Shown here: one piece after another, positions 9,573 to 20,145 of the stretch
How the letters are laid out: each line of letters opens with the position of its first letter
How positions within the stretch are numbered: position 1 is the first letter of the stretch
DNA from: Barthelona sp. PCE
Lineage: Eukaryota
Length of the DNA: 64,000 nucleotides
Assembly: GCA_040285745.1 (NCBI GenBank)
Contig: JAUFOR010000004.1
Coordinates: 434,001-498,000, forward strand
Direction: 5' to 3'
Position numbers and translations under genes: made by a program
Notes under the pieces: generated by a model
What the model was told of the DNA's origin: nothing
Seen by the model: only the letters and a program-made list of their open reading frames with translations
The model's database searches: none

Positions 9573-10221
9573 ATGATTTAATAATACAAAACAAGAACGT
9601 TCCCCTAAAAAAGTGACTTACAAAAGTAAATATTCCTTAAATAAAAAAAGTCATAAATTGGAAATCTAGCTTTCGCAGCAGTCTGGATGTGTAAATGTCA
9701 GGAATATGATTGTGTGATACCGGAGTTTCCTTGCAATGTCATTAGAAGCCTTTGTGGCTGAGTTACAAAATTCGTTCAATGTGATCTTTCTCATTAAAAG
9801 TTTTTTACAGAGTGTTCCTGTCTGCATCAGCGCACATCCTTAACATGTAGACCCTAAAAAGGTACAAATTTTAATATTTTTCGGGTTGAGTTCTTCAGGA
9901 ACCAAAGTTTGGAAAACACATTTTTTTTATAAACACTGTATTTAACCACCGAGTTACCACCTCAAATATTTGGTTAGAAGGGTTGTGTAAATGAGTTATT
10001 TCAAATTAAGGCGCTAACATTGAGGCAATTGTATGTGAATATGAAAATCAAGGTAGAGAGATTAGATTTTGTTTTTTCTCAGCATTACAAGCTTTTAGGT
10101 GTTTTTGTATTCAGTAAATACACTGTATGGTGGTCTTCCTCGGACTTAAAAACATTACATTAGTTGAACTAAAGGTCTTTAAACATAAAAAGGTTTATTA
10201 CCTCTATTTACCAATTTAAAT

Positions 10222-11535
10222 ATGTCTATTGTTGATCTTCGTGGTTTAGAAGTTTATGATTCTCGTGGAAACCCCACAACAAGCGCATTCCTAACTGTTG
10301 CTCATGCTGATGGCACTACTGCTATCTACGAGGGTATCGCACCTTCAGGCGCTTCTACCGGTGTTTTCGAGGCTCTTGAGCTTCGTGACAAGACTGAAAG
10401 ATGCATGGGTAAGGGTGTTCAAAAGGCTGTTGAGAACATCAACACCGTCATTAAGGATGCTCTCATTGGTAAGTCCGTCGATCTCTACGCTCTTGATCAG
10501 ATTATGTTCGATCTTGATGGTACTCCCAACAAGTCTAACCTCGGTGCCAACGCCATCCTCCCCGTTTCTATGGCTATCTCCAAGGCTGACGCACACATTG
10601 CTGGTCTTCCTTTATGGAAGTACCTCCAAGGCCACCTCGGTACTGAGGCTGCTTTCCCCATTCCTTGCGTTAACGTCATCAACGGTGGTGAGCACGCTGG
10701 TAACACCCTTGGTCCTCAAGAAATTATGCTTGTTCCTGAGGCTGCTGAGACCATCGAGGAGGCCATCCAGATGTCCGCTGAGGTCTTCCACCATCTTAAG
10801 AACATTGTCAAGAAGGAGTACTCTAAGGTTGAGGGTTCCCTTGTCGGTGATGAGGGTGGTATTGCCCCCATGATCTCTGACACCCCCGAGGCTCTTGCTC
10901 TTCTTTGCAAGGCTATCGAGTCTGCTGGTTACACTGGTAAGATCAAGATTGCCATGGATGTTGCTTCTTCTGAGTTCTACGATGAGGAGAAGAAGGTCTA
11001 CGATCTCACCTTCAAGTGTGAGGAGCACACCCAGGTTCTCACCTCTGATGAGCTTGTCGAAGAGTACGTTCGTTGGGTTCAGAACTTCCCCATCATTTCC
11101 ATCGAGGATCCCTTCGATCAGAAGGATTGGGCCGCTTGGTCTAAGCTCGTCGCCCGTCTTGAGGAGACCGGTAACACCCACTGTCAGGTTGTTGGTGATG
11201 ATTTGACCGTCACCAACGTCGAGCGCATTCAGAAGGCCATTGACACCAAGGCCTGTAACGCTCTTCTTTGTAAGATCAACCAGATCGGTTCCATCTCCGA
11301 GTCTATCTCCGCTATCAAGCTCTGTATTGAAGACGGCTGGAAGATTATGGTTTCCCACCGTTCCGGTGAGACTGAGGATGCTTACATTGCCCACCTTGCT
11401 ACCGCTGTCGGTAACCAGATCAAGACTGGTTCTATGTCCCGTTCCGATCGTATGGCCAAGTACAACGAGCTTCTCAGAATCTCTGCTGGTGTTCACAGCC
11501 CTCTCGGCCTCGAGCTCAACTACGCCAAGTGGTAA
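10222..11535 (+). CDS. ENO: Enolase
   Basis: DSRGNPT, PSGASTG, GANAIL, GDEGG, IEDPFD, VGDDL, SHRSGETED and QIKTG motifs; strong codon bias. Confidence 0.99.
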   Translation: MSIVDLRGLEVYDSRGNPTTSAFLTVAHADGTTAIYEGIAPSGASTGVFEALELRDKTERCMGKGVQKAVENINTVIKDALIGKSVDLYALDQIMFDLDGTPNKSNLGANAILPVSMAISKADAHIAGLPLWKYLQGHLGTEAAFPIPCVNVINGGEHAGNTLGPQEIMLVPEAAETIEEAIQMSAEVFHHLKNIVKKEYSKVEGSLVGDEGGIAPMISDTPEALALLCKAIESAGYTGKIKIAMDVASSEFYDEEKKVYDLTFKCEEHTQVLTSDELVEEYVRWVQNFPIISIEDPFDQKDWAAWSKLVARLEETGNTHCQVVGDDLTVTNVERIQKAIDTKACNALLCKINQIGSISESISAIKLCIEDGWKIMVSHRSGETEDAYIAHLATAVGNQIKTGSMSRSDRMAKYNELLRISAGVHSPLGLELNYAKW

Positions 11536-11841
11536 ATTGTTTGTAATAAACTGATAAGAATGTAAAAATTCTTTTGTTGCATTTGTATTGATATTGCCTT
11601 TCATGTGGCTTTGTTTGGGTTTGAGGTGAGGTGTTGTGTGTTCGCATCCTTGGGCTGGGTTAAATAGGGCTAATCTTGTGGAAGTGTACCTTCTTGGTAA
11701 AAGTTGGAGTATGATTGAATATTTCAAATTTTAATGGATGTACAGCATATTTAGCTTCGAGTGGTCGAGATGCAACATGTTTATTTGTCTTTTGAGGAAA
11801 ACCTGCTTTCGCACTTTTTTCCTTATTCATTCACCAAACAT

Positions 11842-14238
11842 ATGTCTATTGTCGAGAAACTTGAGAAATTCCTCATGCTGCTGAGGTCATGCAAGACGAT
11901 TAGTGATTTGAATAACATCAACTCGGAAGCAACTTTCGAAACCTTGATTACAGCTGTAGGAGAGCAAGGAGAGATGGCTTCCATGGTTGCATATACACTT
12001 TGCTCTGATTTCTGGGGTGAGTACATAAGAATATCAGAGGACATCAGTGTTACGCATGATATTTTCCCCTTTATTCAAGATCTATCATTTTCTTTGCACG
12101 AATACTTAGACGACAGCCTTGAAGAGCACGTTTATTTCGTATCCACACAGTTTGAGCATATTTTATCTTGTGATTTAAATCAGGCATTTAGTAATTCATT
12201 TAGTGATAAAGTAACTCACGTTTTGGAGCATGCTTCCAGTTTTATTGAGCTTGAAAGCATTAAGCAGCGGTTTGGCGACCACATTCTCGTATCCCGCGTG
12301 CGTTCATTGGTTAAAAGACTTGGAATAATTGAATTGTTGAGACAAGATCCTTTCAATTATGCTGAGTTTAACACAGCAATCAACGATTCGTTCAAGCTCT
12401 TTAGCGGGGCGCAGATGAACAACATTGCTGTGCATCTTTACAATCGTGAAGCATTCGAGCAGGTGAACACTGTTGTATCCCTGCTGTTGTATGACAACGT
12501 GTTTAAGATGTATGTAGATTCGAACGTCCGCACCGCTACGCTTCTGAGGTTGAAGGCAAACGCACTTTTTGAGCTTAAACGTTTCATGGATGCCAGTGCT
12601 GTTATTAATGAAAGTTTGCAGTTACTTCCCCATGGAGCTGGTATTCATCTCATGCTAAAGATTGAGGCGTATACTGACGCCGCACTAACAGTATCAGGTG
12701 TTAAGCAGTTATATGATATGAACGAAGATGGGCTGGTTGATGATATTTTCAATATTTTACACAAATGCAAAAGATATGGCGCATTGAAAGCAGCCGCAGG
12801 CGCAGCACTGGATGCCGTTGACCGACCACAGACGAAGCAAAAACTGCGTTGTTGGCTCGCTTTGTGTCTTTTGGAGGCTCTGCTGCAAGGATTCAACAAA
12901 GTTAGCACGGACGATTTGGGAGCAATATATGACGGTGCATGTCAACATTTGGCACAGGTGGAAGGAGAGATAGACCATCCTGTCCTGAACTCTATTGCAA
13001 GTGTCTTGAATCATGAATATATTGACGAGTTTAATGAAGCTGCAGAGCAACTTGCTGGGTTTGGAGAGGTTTTCTGTGCCGACGAACGGCGCTCCGCATT
13101 CACATACAGGCGGTGTTACACTCTACTGGAACGAGGTGAGGTCCATCGTGCCAAAGAGATCTTGCAGAAATCGCCCCATGCATTGCTTGAATTCAAACTA
13201 GCATGTAGGGTAGGTGACACCAAGTGGTGCACTGCCGCATTTGAGCGTGCTATTTGTGGTGTCAAGGAATCCAGCGATAGTTTTTGGTCGCGATCGAAGG
13301 AAACTTACAACAAACCTGTTCTTTCCATTCTCAATTCATTGGGAGAGCCGGTGAGGCGTACAAGCTCAGTAACTGGCCCAGATTCCGTCGCAGATAGCCT
13401 CTTCTTTTGTGCTAACGAAGCACAGGCATCCAACATGATTGGTGTTTTTTCCGACTGTCTCATTGCCGCTCTAGCAATGGATCTCCCCAGGGATACCAAC
13501 AGCAGCGTTGTGGAGAACATATTGGATGTGTGTGGGGAATGGGATAAGCAAAGACTAATTCACATCATGCTGTACGTTCTCGAGAGATTGTGGTCTGGCG
13601 GCATTGAGCTGTCTCATGAGACGGCGTACAACTGCGCAGCACAATGTTGGAACACGAGTATATCAGTTGATGAATATAGCGATGAGCTGACACTGCTCAC
13701 AATTGCATTTTCGTGCATGTGTAATATGCCAATTCACCAGGCGTACATCAAGGCAGCAATGTCACACCCTGGATCATCATTCGTTGCACAAGCGTGTAAG
13801 TTGTCGGGTATTGGTGTTCTGACATCGACTGAACTCAATGAGACTGAACTGTCAGAAGCGCCATTGCATATGCGGGTCTTCTTCATCCTATCTAACCCGG
13901 AACTTGGTATCGCCATCAACGACTGGGTCGTCTGGGACGCAGATATCGCAGAGTTTTCATGTCATGTAATTGTTCATATGGTGAGGAATCAAAAGCTCAA
14001 GAACATCAAGTATTTGGAGACTATCATTAAGATTATCGCTGAGAACGTCTCAGATACAGGTAGTGTGAAGGGACTTGTCGCAGAACTTTGGAATAAGGGT
14101 GCGCATCTTTTTGAAATGTCGTATGGCCCGCTTAGTTTGGAGTATATGCGTTTGAGTCTGGAGTTGGCAACAGCCTTTGATGTCATGGGTGCTATGCGCA
14201 AGCACCTCCAGGATACATACTTTTCTCTGATTGCCTGA
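11842..14238 (+). CDS. ZIP4/SPO22/TEX11-like meiotic TPR scaffold
   Basis: Helical TPR protein. LRLKANAL...GIHLMLKI, AAQCWN and C-terminal ELWNKGAHLF...SLEYMRLSLEL...LQDTYFSL resemble TEX11/ZIP4 blocks. The start codon is uncertain. Confidence 0.65.
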   Translation: MSIVEKLEKFLMLLRSCKTISDLNNINSEATFETLITAVGEQGEMASMVAYTLCSDFWGEYIRISEDISVTHDIFPFIQDLSFSLHEYLDDSLEEHVYFVSTQFEHILSCDLNQAFSNSFSDKVTHVLEHASSFIELESIKQRFGDHILVSRVRSLVKRLGIIELLRQDPFNYAEFNTAINDSFKLFSGAQMNNIAVHLYNREAFEQVNTVVSLLLYDNVFKMYVDSNVRTATLLRLKANALFELKRFMDASAVINESLQLLPHGAGIHLMLKIEAYTDAALTVSGVKQLYDMNEDGLVDDIFNILHKCKRYGALKAAAGAALDAVDRPQTKQKLRCWLALCLLEALLQGFNKVSTDDLGAIYDGACQHLAQVEGEIDHPVLNSIASVLNHEYIDEFNEAAEQLAGFGEVFCADERRSAFTYRRCYTLLERGEVHRAKEILQKSPHALLEFKLACRVGDTKWCTAAFERAICGVKESSDSFWSRSKETYNKPVLSILNSLGEPVRRTSSVTGPDSVADSLFFCANEAQASNMIGVFSDCLIAALAMDLPRDTNSSVVENILDVCGEWDKQRLIHIMLYVLERLWSGGIELSHETAYNCAAQCWNTSISVDEYSDELTLLTIAFSCMCNMPIHQAYIKAAMSHPGSSFVAQACKLSGIGVLTSTELNETELSEAPLHMRVFFILSNPELGIAINDWVVWDADIAEFSCHVIVHMVRNQKLKNIKYLETIIKIIAENVSDTGSVKGLVAELWNKGAHLFEMSYGPLSLEYMRLSLELATAFDVMGAMRKHLQDTYFSLIA

Positions 14239-14266
14239 ATTGAGTAAAAATTAAATAATTTATTTT

Positions 14267-15262
14267 CTAAAAAGGATCCATTCTCAACATCCTCTCCCGC
14301 ACAATTGCAGCTAAAATAAACTTATCTTTTAACATTAAAAACAGTTTACGTGGATTAGGATCTTTAGGAATAGCAACTGGTCCAATGTAAAAAGTGTTTA
14401 ATCCTTCAATACTAATCCAAACATCAGCATAAGCAAACCTACACTCAGTATGAACTGTCCTCGGGGGCTTCACAAGAACACTGATTAACTCTCTAGGATC
14501 CATGTGTGCATGATGCAAATCAAGGTATTCCAAAACAACTTTAATTATACAATCTGTAGCAATATCTAATGTGTCTCCGGGGAAGTTAGACGGCCTCTGC
14601 TTCTTGTATGACCAACCAGTTAGCTTCTCTGGCATAATACGATGACTTGGCACCATTTCTTTTTTCTTTTTCCTTCTACGTTTGGGGTTGCTTAAGTTTT
14701 GTAGCATCGGTGGTCGCTCCATCACGATCTCAGTAGGAGAATCAATGCGTTTCTGTTTTTTCCGCAATGTTGGCTCATCATCAACTCTTCTTAGCCTTTT
14801 TCGCATATGTTTAATAGTATCTGAGACATGTTCCTGAATCTCACTCAGTTGGTTTAATTTCCTGTCTGTGTAGTAGTTCGGTGGGTATTGTTGAGTGACA
14901 AATTGTGGTGCATTTTTAACGTATCCGTGACCGAGCTTCTTTTTCTTCTTTTTTCCAACTGTCCTCTTCTTTTTCCGCCTTTTTTTCCCATTAACAGTAG
15001 TCTTTGGCTTGGTTAAATCGAGGAAATAAGGTGATCTGTGCTTTTTATACTCATCAGAAAGTGAAATCTTATTTTTTTCTAATTTTTTCGTCTGTTTCAT
15101 CTTTGAAGTTATTGTAGGCACAGAATAGTTCATCTTTGTCAACTTAGATGAAGACTTTAGAGTTTTCTTACGTTGTTTTTTACGTGCTTTTTCAATAGGT
15201 TGAGGAAAGTATATGCTCTTCGGAAATGCTCCATACGAACCTCCTAAACCCGTCCCATACAT
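14267..15262 (-). CDS. Hypothetical basic (Lys/Arg-rich) protein
   Basis: 331-aa ORF filling the gap between neighbours, with NLS-like basic runs and a small globular C-terminal region. Confidence 0.75.
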   Translation of the reverse strand: MYGTGLGGSYGAFPKSIYFPQPIEKARKKQRKKTLKSSSKLTKMNYSVPTITSKMKQTKKLEKNKISLSDEYKKHRSPYFLDLTKPKTTVNGKKRRKKKRTVGKKKKKKLGHGYVKNAPQFVTQQYPPNYYTDRKLNQLSEIQEHVSDTIKHMRKRLRRVDDEPTLRKKQKRIDSPTEIVMERPPMLQNLSNPKRRRKKKKEMVPSHRIMPEKLTGWSYKKQRPSNFPGDTLDIATDCIIKVVLEYLDLHHAHMDPRELISVLVKPPRTVHTECRFAYADVWISIEGLNTFYIGPVAIPKDPNPRKLFLMLKDKFILAAIVRERMLRMDPF

Positions 15263-15395
15263 GTGATTTAATCCCCCGCGCGTAAGCTTAAAGTGCTTAC
15301 CAAATAAAGAGGTTGATTTTAAAAAAACAACCTTTATTCTGGCTATTCAAATTTTTCGATCGTTGGAGAGGTGAACACCGACAACAACCGAAATA

Positions 15396-15947
15396 ATGTT
15401 TGCGATTTCTATACCAGGGCTTCCTTTGAATACTGAATACACTGATCTATCTGACACATCCTTTGAATTCCTTATTAACGATGTTGTGAATCCGAAATAT
15501 GGAACGGTCTTCCTCATCGATCACGAAGACGTGTCTCACGATGTAGTTTGTGCTGTATATCTTGAAACACCATTCACCGATGGTGAATATTCTTTAGTGG
15601 GTTACATAGGTGCGAGTAACCCCACACTCCTCATGCGCATTGATGGTGGTCCTGACAAGGATGAGATGTTTAATATTCGTGTTGGGTTAGAAATTTGTGA
15701 TAAAGAAAGTGTTCGAGAAGCAATTCAAGAACAACATGAGAATTTAATTGAAGAAAACACTGAATTGAACGATTTACTAGATGGAATAGGTTCTAAAATT
15801 GTGAGCAATCTTCAAGACTATCTCGAAAGTTATGCCGTAGATGTCGAAGATATTACCGTTATTCCTTTAGCTTCATTAGATGAATGGGTGGATAATTTCA
15901 ACAGAAAAATTCGATTAAATCCACGTTTTTGGGAAGATTTCGAATAA
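15396..15947 (+). CDS. Hikeshi/OPI10 family protein (Hsp70 nuclear import carrier)
   Basis: N-terminal MFAISIPG, LVGYIGASNPT and C-terminal IPLASLDEWVDNFNRKIRLNPRFW. Confidence 0.85.
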   Translation: MFAISIPGLPLNTEYTDLSDTSFEFLINDVVNPKYGTVFLIDHEDVSHDVVCAVYLETPFTDGEYSLVGYIGASNPTLLMRIDGGPDKDEMFNIRVGLEICDKESVREAIQEQHENLIEENTELNDLLDGIGSKIVSNLQDYLESYAVDVEDITVIPLASLDEWVDNFNRKIRLNPRFWEDFE

Positions 15948-15953
15948 AAGAAC

Positions 15954-17090
15954 TTAAAGATGAGCAAGAATAGAAATATCTTTTGCGATATTCTTGCTTT
16001 CGCTTTTAACTTTCTTCAGTCGATTGTTAAAACTGGTCATCATTTCACTCTCCCATGCTTGACTATGTGTCACACAATAAACCATCTCACAGCACTTAAC
16101 ATTGACACCATCACCTAGCTCTATTGGGAAATAACAAAGTTGAATTTTTTTTCTCAAGCTCTTGACTTTTGACAACCATTTCTTCAATGCTTTCTTCTCT
16201 GACATGAGTGTTTTGATGACTTGAGCATTTTTAACGTGTTGTTCTTGCAACAAAATCGCCTTCTCCAAAGCTTCAAACAGTTTATCTTTTCCGTCTCTCT
16301 CATTGATTTCAACTATCTCCACTACTTCACCATCTTCAACAACATTTTCAGCTGCTTTTTCCATTACTTCACTGGGTTCTTCCACAATTTCCTTCATTTC
16401 TACATCTACCTCGTTGGCAAGAGGTGTAGCATCTGCTTCAATCTTTGCGAATTCTGGGAACTCTTCCTGTGTGGTTGGAAGTGGCATAGGTGGTCCATCA
16501 TTTGTTTTTAATGGACTCCAAGGATTACTGAGCTCAGGCGATGGAGCTAGCTCTGTTTCAGTTGTTTTAAGAACGTTCACCATGATCTCCTCCTTCTTAA
16601 CATCCGGCTCCACTATTGGCTTCTCAACAACAGTCTCTTCCACTGACGGAGATTTTTTACCCTTCCCTTTCTTTGATCTGAATGCTGATGCAGGAACAAG
16701 TTTCTTCCGAATCAGGTCGCGCTTGACATGTTCACGTCCGCATTGGGTTGAACAGAAGAGAGAATCAGGTTGAGTTGCGTTTTTGCAGTTCTCTTTCTTA
16801 CATATGCTCGTAATGCCCTTGTCCTTACAAAAAGGACAAATAAATGTGTGTAATTCCTGTGCTTCTTGTGCTGTAATATTTAAACATTCGCAGTGGAACC
16901 ACTCTTCACATAAATCGCAACCTATCATTAGCGGTGTGATTTTTGAGGTTCTGCATATACAGTAGACATCAGGTGAGGTCTTCTGAACCTTCAGCGCAGG
17001 TTCTGTGGCGCTTACAGTTGAATCTTTGTGCTTTTTCTTATTCTAAGTGTTAGTTGTCAGGTTTACGTGTTAAAAAATATGTCATACCAT
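15954..17090 (-). CDS. SPP1: Spp1/CFP1-like PHD-finger COMPASS subunit, 363 aa; exons 17090-17088 and 17042-15954
   Basis: PHD finger YCICR...MIGCDLCEEWFHCEC...ICPFC, then C-x4-C...DSLFCSTQCGRE, and a C-terminal C..C..H..W motif. Confidence 0.82.
17043..17087 (-). other. Intron directly after the ATG, 45 nt
   Basis: ATG|GTATGA...CTAAC-ACTT-AG; in-frame stop upstream of the ATG. Confidence 0.88.
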
Positions 17091-17181
17091 GTGTGTTGGG
17101 ATATGTTTGGTTCATTCAGTCCATTATATATGTCCCCAGGTGGTTGATAAGGTCGTTAAAACGAATTACACTTTCTTCGGC

Positions 17182-17547
17182 ATGTTACCAAGCGATATAA
17201 GCGCATCAGAGACTCGATTTCGGCTGTTTGGGGAAGCAAAAGATGAATTTGCTGATACATCTGATCAGCAAAAGGATATAAATGATGAACACTTGAGTTA
17301 CATTGCTTTAGAAGCAAAAGAACTCAAGGACATAGTGAGATCCGTGGGGACAGAGGTGGACAGGCATATAGATTATGCAAAAAACCTCACAGATAAGAAT
17401 ACTTCAATCTTAAACCAAGTGAAGAATTCTTTTTCAAAATTGGAGACAATGTATTCCAAGAAGAACCCCAATCGGTATTGGTGCTTTTTATGGACGTATT
17501 TTGCGTTTTTATTCTTTTTGGTGTGGTTTCTTAAAAAATTCCGATGA
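17182..17547 (+). CDS. Qc-SNARE (Bet1-like)
   Basis: SNARE-like heptad (NDEHLSYIALEAKELKDIVRSVGTEVDRH) followed by a C-terminal TM helix. The start is uncertain. Confidence 0.75.
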   Translation: MLPSDISASETRFRLFGEAKDEFADTSDQQKDINDEHLSYIALEAKELKDIVRSVGTEVDRHIDYAKNLTDKNTSILNQVKNSFSKLETMYSKKNPNRYWCFLWTYFAFLFFLVWFLKKFR

Positions 17548-17887
17548 TCTCCTTTTTGTTTTTATTTATATGCATATGGCCGATCAGGATCCCTCTTTGT
17601 TGTTCCACCCAATTTGTTTCAACCTTGAAATATGATAGATTTATTTAGTAATTATTTTTTTATTATTTTCTACTTGGTTTAGCGTAAAATATGTTGTCAG
17701 AGATGCCAAAGTATGCATTCACACTCAACCATGATATATTTGTAATTTTGCATTTTAGCTTCTTCCATTCAGTAAACCAGAATTTTAGACATGAGAATGC
17801 GATCTGCATTATTAAAGCTACACCTTTTTAAATATATCTGAAGCAGTTTTTCCAAAATGCGCTGTTTTTTTAAATAGTCGTGTTATC

Positions 17888-19228
17888 ATGAATTTTGATC
17901 CTTTTGGTGAATATGGCACGTTTTCTATGGGGAACGAACAGGTATTACAGGCGCCTGTTCCTATAACACATACGTATTCTACATTTTCATCATCTACAGA
18001 AGACAGTGGTGTGTTAGTTAGTATTTCCGCTGCAGTTCATCACCAAAACGTTTTGCTTGGTGAAGAATCAGGATCTCCGAGCCACAAAATGTTCAACAGT
18101 GTTGCACATTCGCTTGGATTGCATTTATTGGAGGAAGCTGGATTTGAGCATCCTTTTGGTGATATTCAATTCCTCAGCCCCACTGCCAGGGTTAGGGCAG
18201 GTTACACAACTATAGTATTTGGAACACAAAACGTGACTAATTCCAATGAGAATGCAGTTTTTTGTTTGCGATTTGATTCTAACCTTCGTTGTATTGATTA
18301 TAAGATTATTAGGGTCACAGGTGCCGTGTTTGCAGCCCAATTTATCCGTACTAACTTTTCTTCGAGCGTTATGTTGGGTATTAACTGTCAGATTTATGTT
18401 ATGGATCTAAATGAGATGATTTTGACACCTCTATGCATCGAATACAGCGAGCCAATCAGATTAATCGAGCCTTCACCATTCGACAACAACCTTTTTGCTG
18501 TCGGTAGTTACGACAAAAGCGTCGTGGTTTTTAATTATGCAAAGTTGAAGGAAGATACTGAATCTGCTAATTCTACGTCAAAAATTCTCACAGTGACGCT
18601 ACAAGGGGCAGTGAGCGCTATTGCGTGGAACCCAGATGATACAATTTGTGCGACAACTGATGAGGGATTTGTGCACAAGTTTTCTCTAAAAAATTACTGT
18701 CAACACACCAGTTGTCATGTTAATGTGAGAGATCTGTACGCAATGTGCCGGTTGAACAGCGATTTCATTCTGTTGGGTCATACTAAAGGAGATGGTGTTA
18801 TCTCTAAATTTACCTTTCCAAATATTTTTGAGTCAATACTTCACTTAAAAGACAAATTTCTATTCGATATTCGAATGTTTAAGCATGATGGAGAAGATTA
18901 TTTGTTAGTTGTTGGTATGATGATTCATATATTCAAGGTTGATAATGGCATGAAGCTAAATCATTGTTTCACACTAGGCAATACTGAATTATTACCAATT
19001 GAAGTAGCTATCATTCCAAACACAGGCATTATTTTTGTTTTGCGTGAAGATGGGCAGTTAAATGTATTAGATTTTAATGTTCAAGTTGATGAGATGGAGA
19101 ATGAGGCTTTTAATGAACCTTCAACCAATGTCTTTGATTTTGATAGCAAAAGAAGCATGGAACCAGCACCTTACGGCGGTGGTATTGGTAATTTTGATAA
19201 TATTGCAAGTGAATATTTCTTTTCATGA
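17888..19228 (+). CDS. WD40-repeat protein
   Basis: LFAVGSYDKSVVVFN and AVSAIAWNPDDTICATTDEGFVHKF blades. Confidence 0.8.
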   Translation: MNFDPFGEYGTFSMGNEQVLQAPVPITHTYSTFSSSTEDSGVLVSISAAVHHQNVLLGEESGSPSHKMFNSVAHSLGLHLLEEAGFEHPFGDIQFLSPTARVRAGYTTIVFGTQNVTNSNENAVFCLRFDSNLRCIDYKIIRVTGAVFAAQFIRTNFSSSVMLGINCQIYVMDLNEMILTPLCIEYSEPIRLIEPSPFDNNLFAVGSYDKSVVVFNYAKLKEDTESANSTSKILTVTLQGAVSAIAWNPDDTICATTDEGFVHKFSLKNYCQHTSCHVNVRDLYAMCRLNSDFILLGHTKGDGVISKFTFPNIFESILHLKDKFLFDIRMFKHDGEDYLLVVGMMIHIFKVDNGMKLNHCFTLGNTELLPIEVAIIPNTGIIFVLREDGQLNVLDFNVQVDEMENEAFNEPSTNVFDFDSKRSMEPAPYGGGIGNFDNIASEYFFS

Positions 19229-19268
19229 GAAAAAATAAATTTGAGTTTACAAATTATTTAGTTTACAA

Positions 19269-19991
19269 TTACTCATCTTGTACAATAACATAAGGCTTAG
19301 ATAGCATCTCAATCTCAGCTTCAATTCTATCCAACTCCTTTTCGTGCTCCTCTTTTCTCATTATTTGGCTCTCAAGATCATCACTCACCAATCCAAGACT
19401 CTGGTAAGTGTGCCATACCTCATCCCAACGGCTCTTCAGGCCCATGATGAGCTCCTCCTTCTCTTCTTCTCCAAGAACATGTAATTGGGGTTCATCTTCA
19501 TATAATTGGGTTTCTTCCATCTGAGCAAGAACAGTGTATTCATCGGCAATTTCGTCTTTAACATGTGTCAAGTACTCGGGAACTTCGCCGTAGTGTGGTT
19601 TCTTGGTCCAATTCAAAGGACTTTGAGGTCTAGCACCCTTTTTCATTGTTTTTGCTGTAATAATGTTGGTTTTAATAAAATCTTTCTCAGTGGTGGGGGC
19701 AAGGATACCATGGTCACCCTTGGGAGGCAAAGGTTCCTTACGTTTGATCTTTTTCTTTGAACCAGTGGAGGGTCTCAAAGTAGCATTGCGGTTTTCAAAT
19801 TGTTTTGATTTCAGGAACTTGTGAGGGTTGGGTCTTTCGACTTTGAGGGGTCCCATTGAACCCATTGAACGCTTGTTAGAAAAATATTCTTTTCTAGTTG
19901 TCTTTTTGAATTTAGACGTGTATGGCTTTGGCTTATGAACAGCGGCCTCAATTTCCGGGACCAGATCGAAGATAGATTCGTCGGATTGCAT
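19269..19991 (-). CDS. ENKUR: Enkurin (flagellar microtubule-associated protein)
   Basis: ESIFDLVP, SMGPLKV, KDFIKTN, YGEVPEYL, GLKSRW...YQSL and RKEEHEKEL motifs. Confidence 0.9.
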   Translation of the reverse strand: MQSDESIFDLVPEIEAAVHKPKPYTSKFKKTTRKEYFSNKRSMGSMGPLKVERPNPHKFLKSKQFENRNATLRPSTGSKKKIKRKEPLPPKGDHGILAPTTEKDFIKTNIITAKTMKKGARPQSPLNWTKKPHYGEVPEYLTHVKDEIADEYTVLAQMEETQLYEDEPQLHVLGEEEKEELIMGLKSRWDEVWHTYQSLGLVSDDLESQIMRKEEHEKELDRIEAEIEMLSKPYVIVQDE

Positions 19992-20145
19992 GAATAAAAG
20001 TGAAATTTTGAAAAACGTTGCTTACAACCGTTTTCGATTTATTACGCAATGAAGTTACAGAAAAAGCAACAGTTTGTACCATCATCCAAGAATAGAAATC
20101 TTATTAATGCTGATATTAGTGTTTTAGTTATATTGACCTTACAAA

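Noticed and set aside
9840-9850. Acceptor-like TTAAC-ATGT-AG on the + strand (similar CTAAC-TTTA-AG at 2581-2591), considered as trans-splicing half-introns
   Set aside because: No matching donor and no meaningful downstream coding sequence; a degenerate motif like this is expected by chance.
10612-11727. 371-aa antisense ORF over enolase (and similar shadow ORFs over TrxR)
   Set aside because: Expected by-product of strong codon bias in a highly expressed gene; no recognisable motifs.
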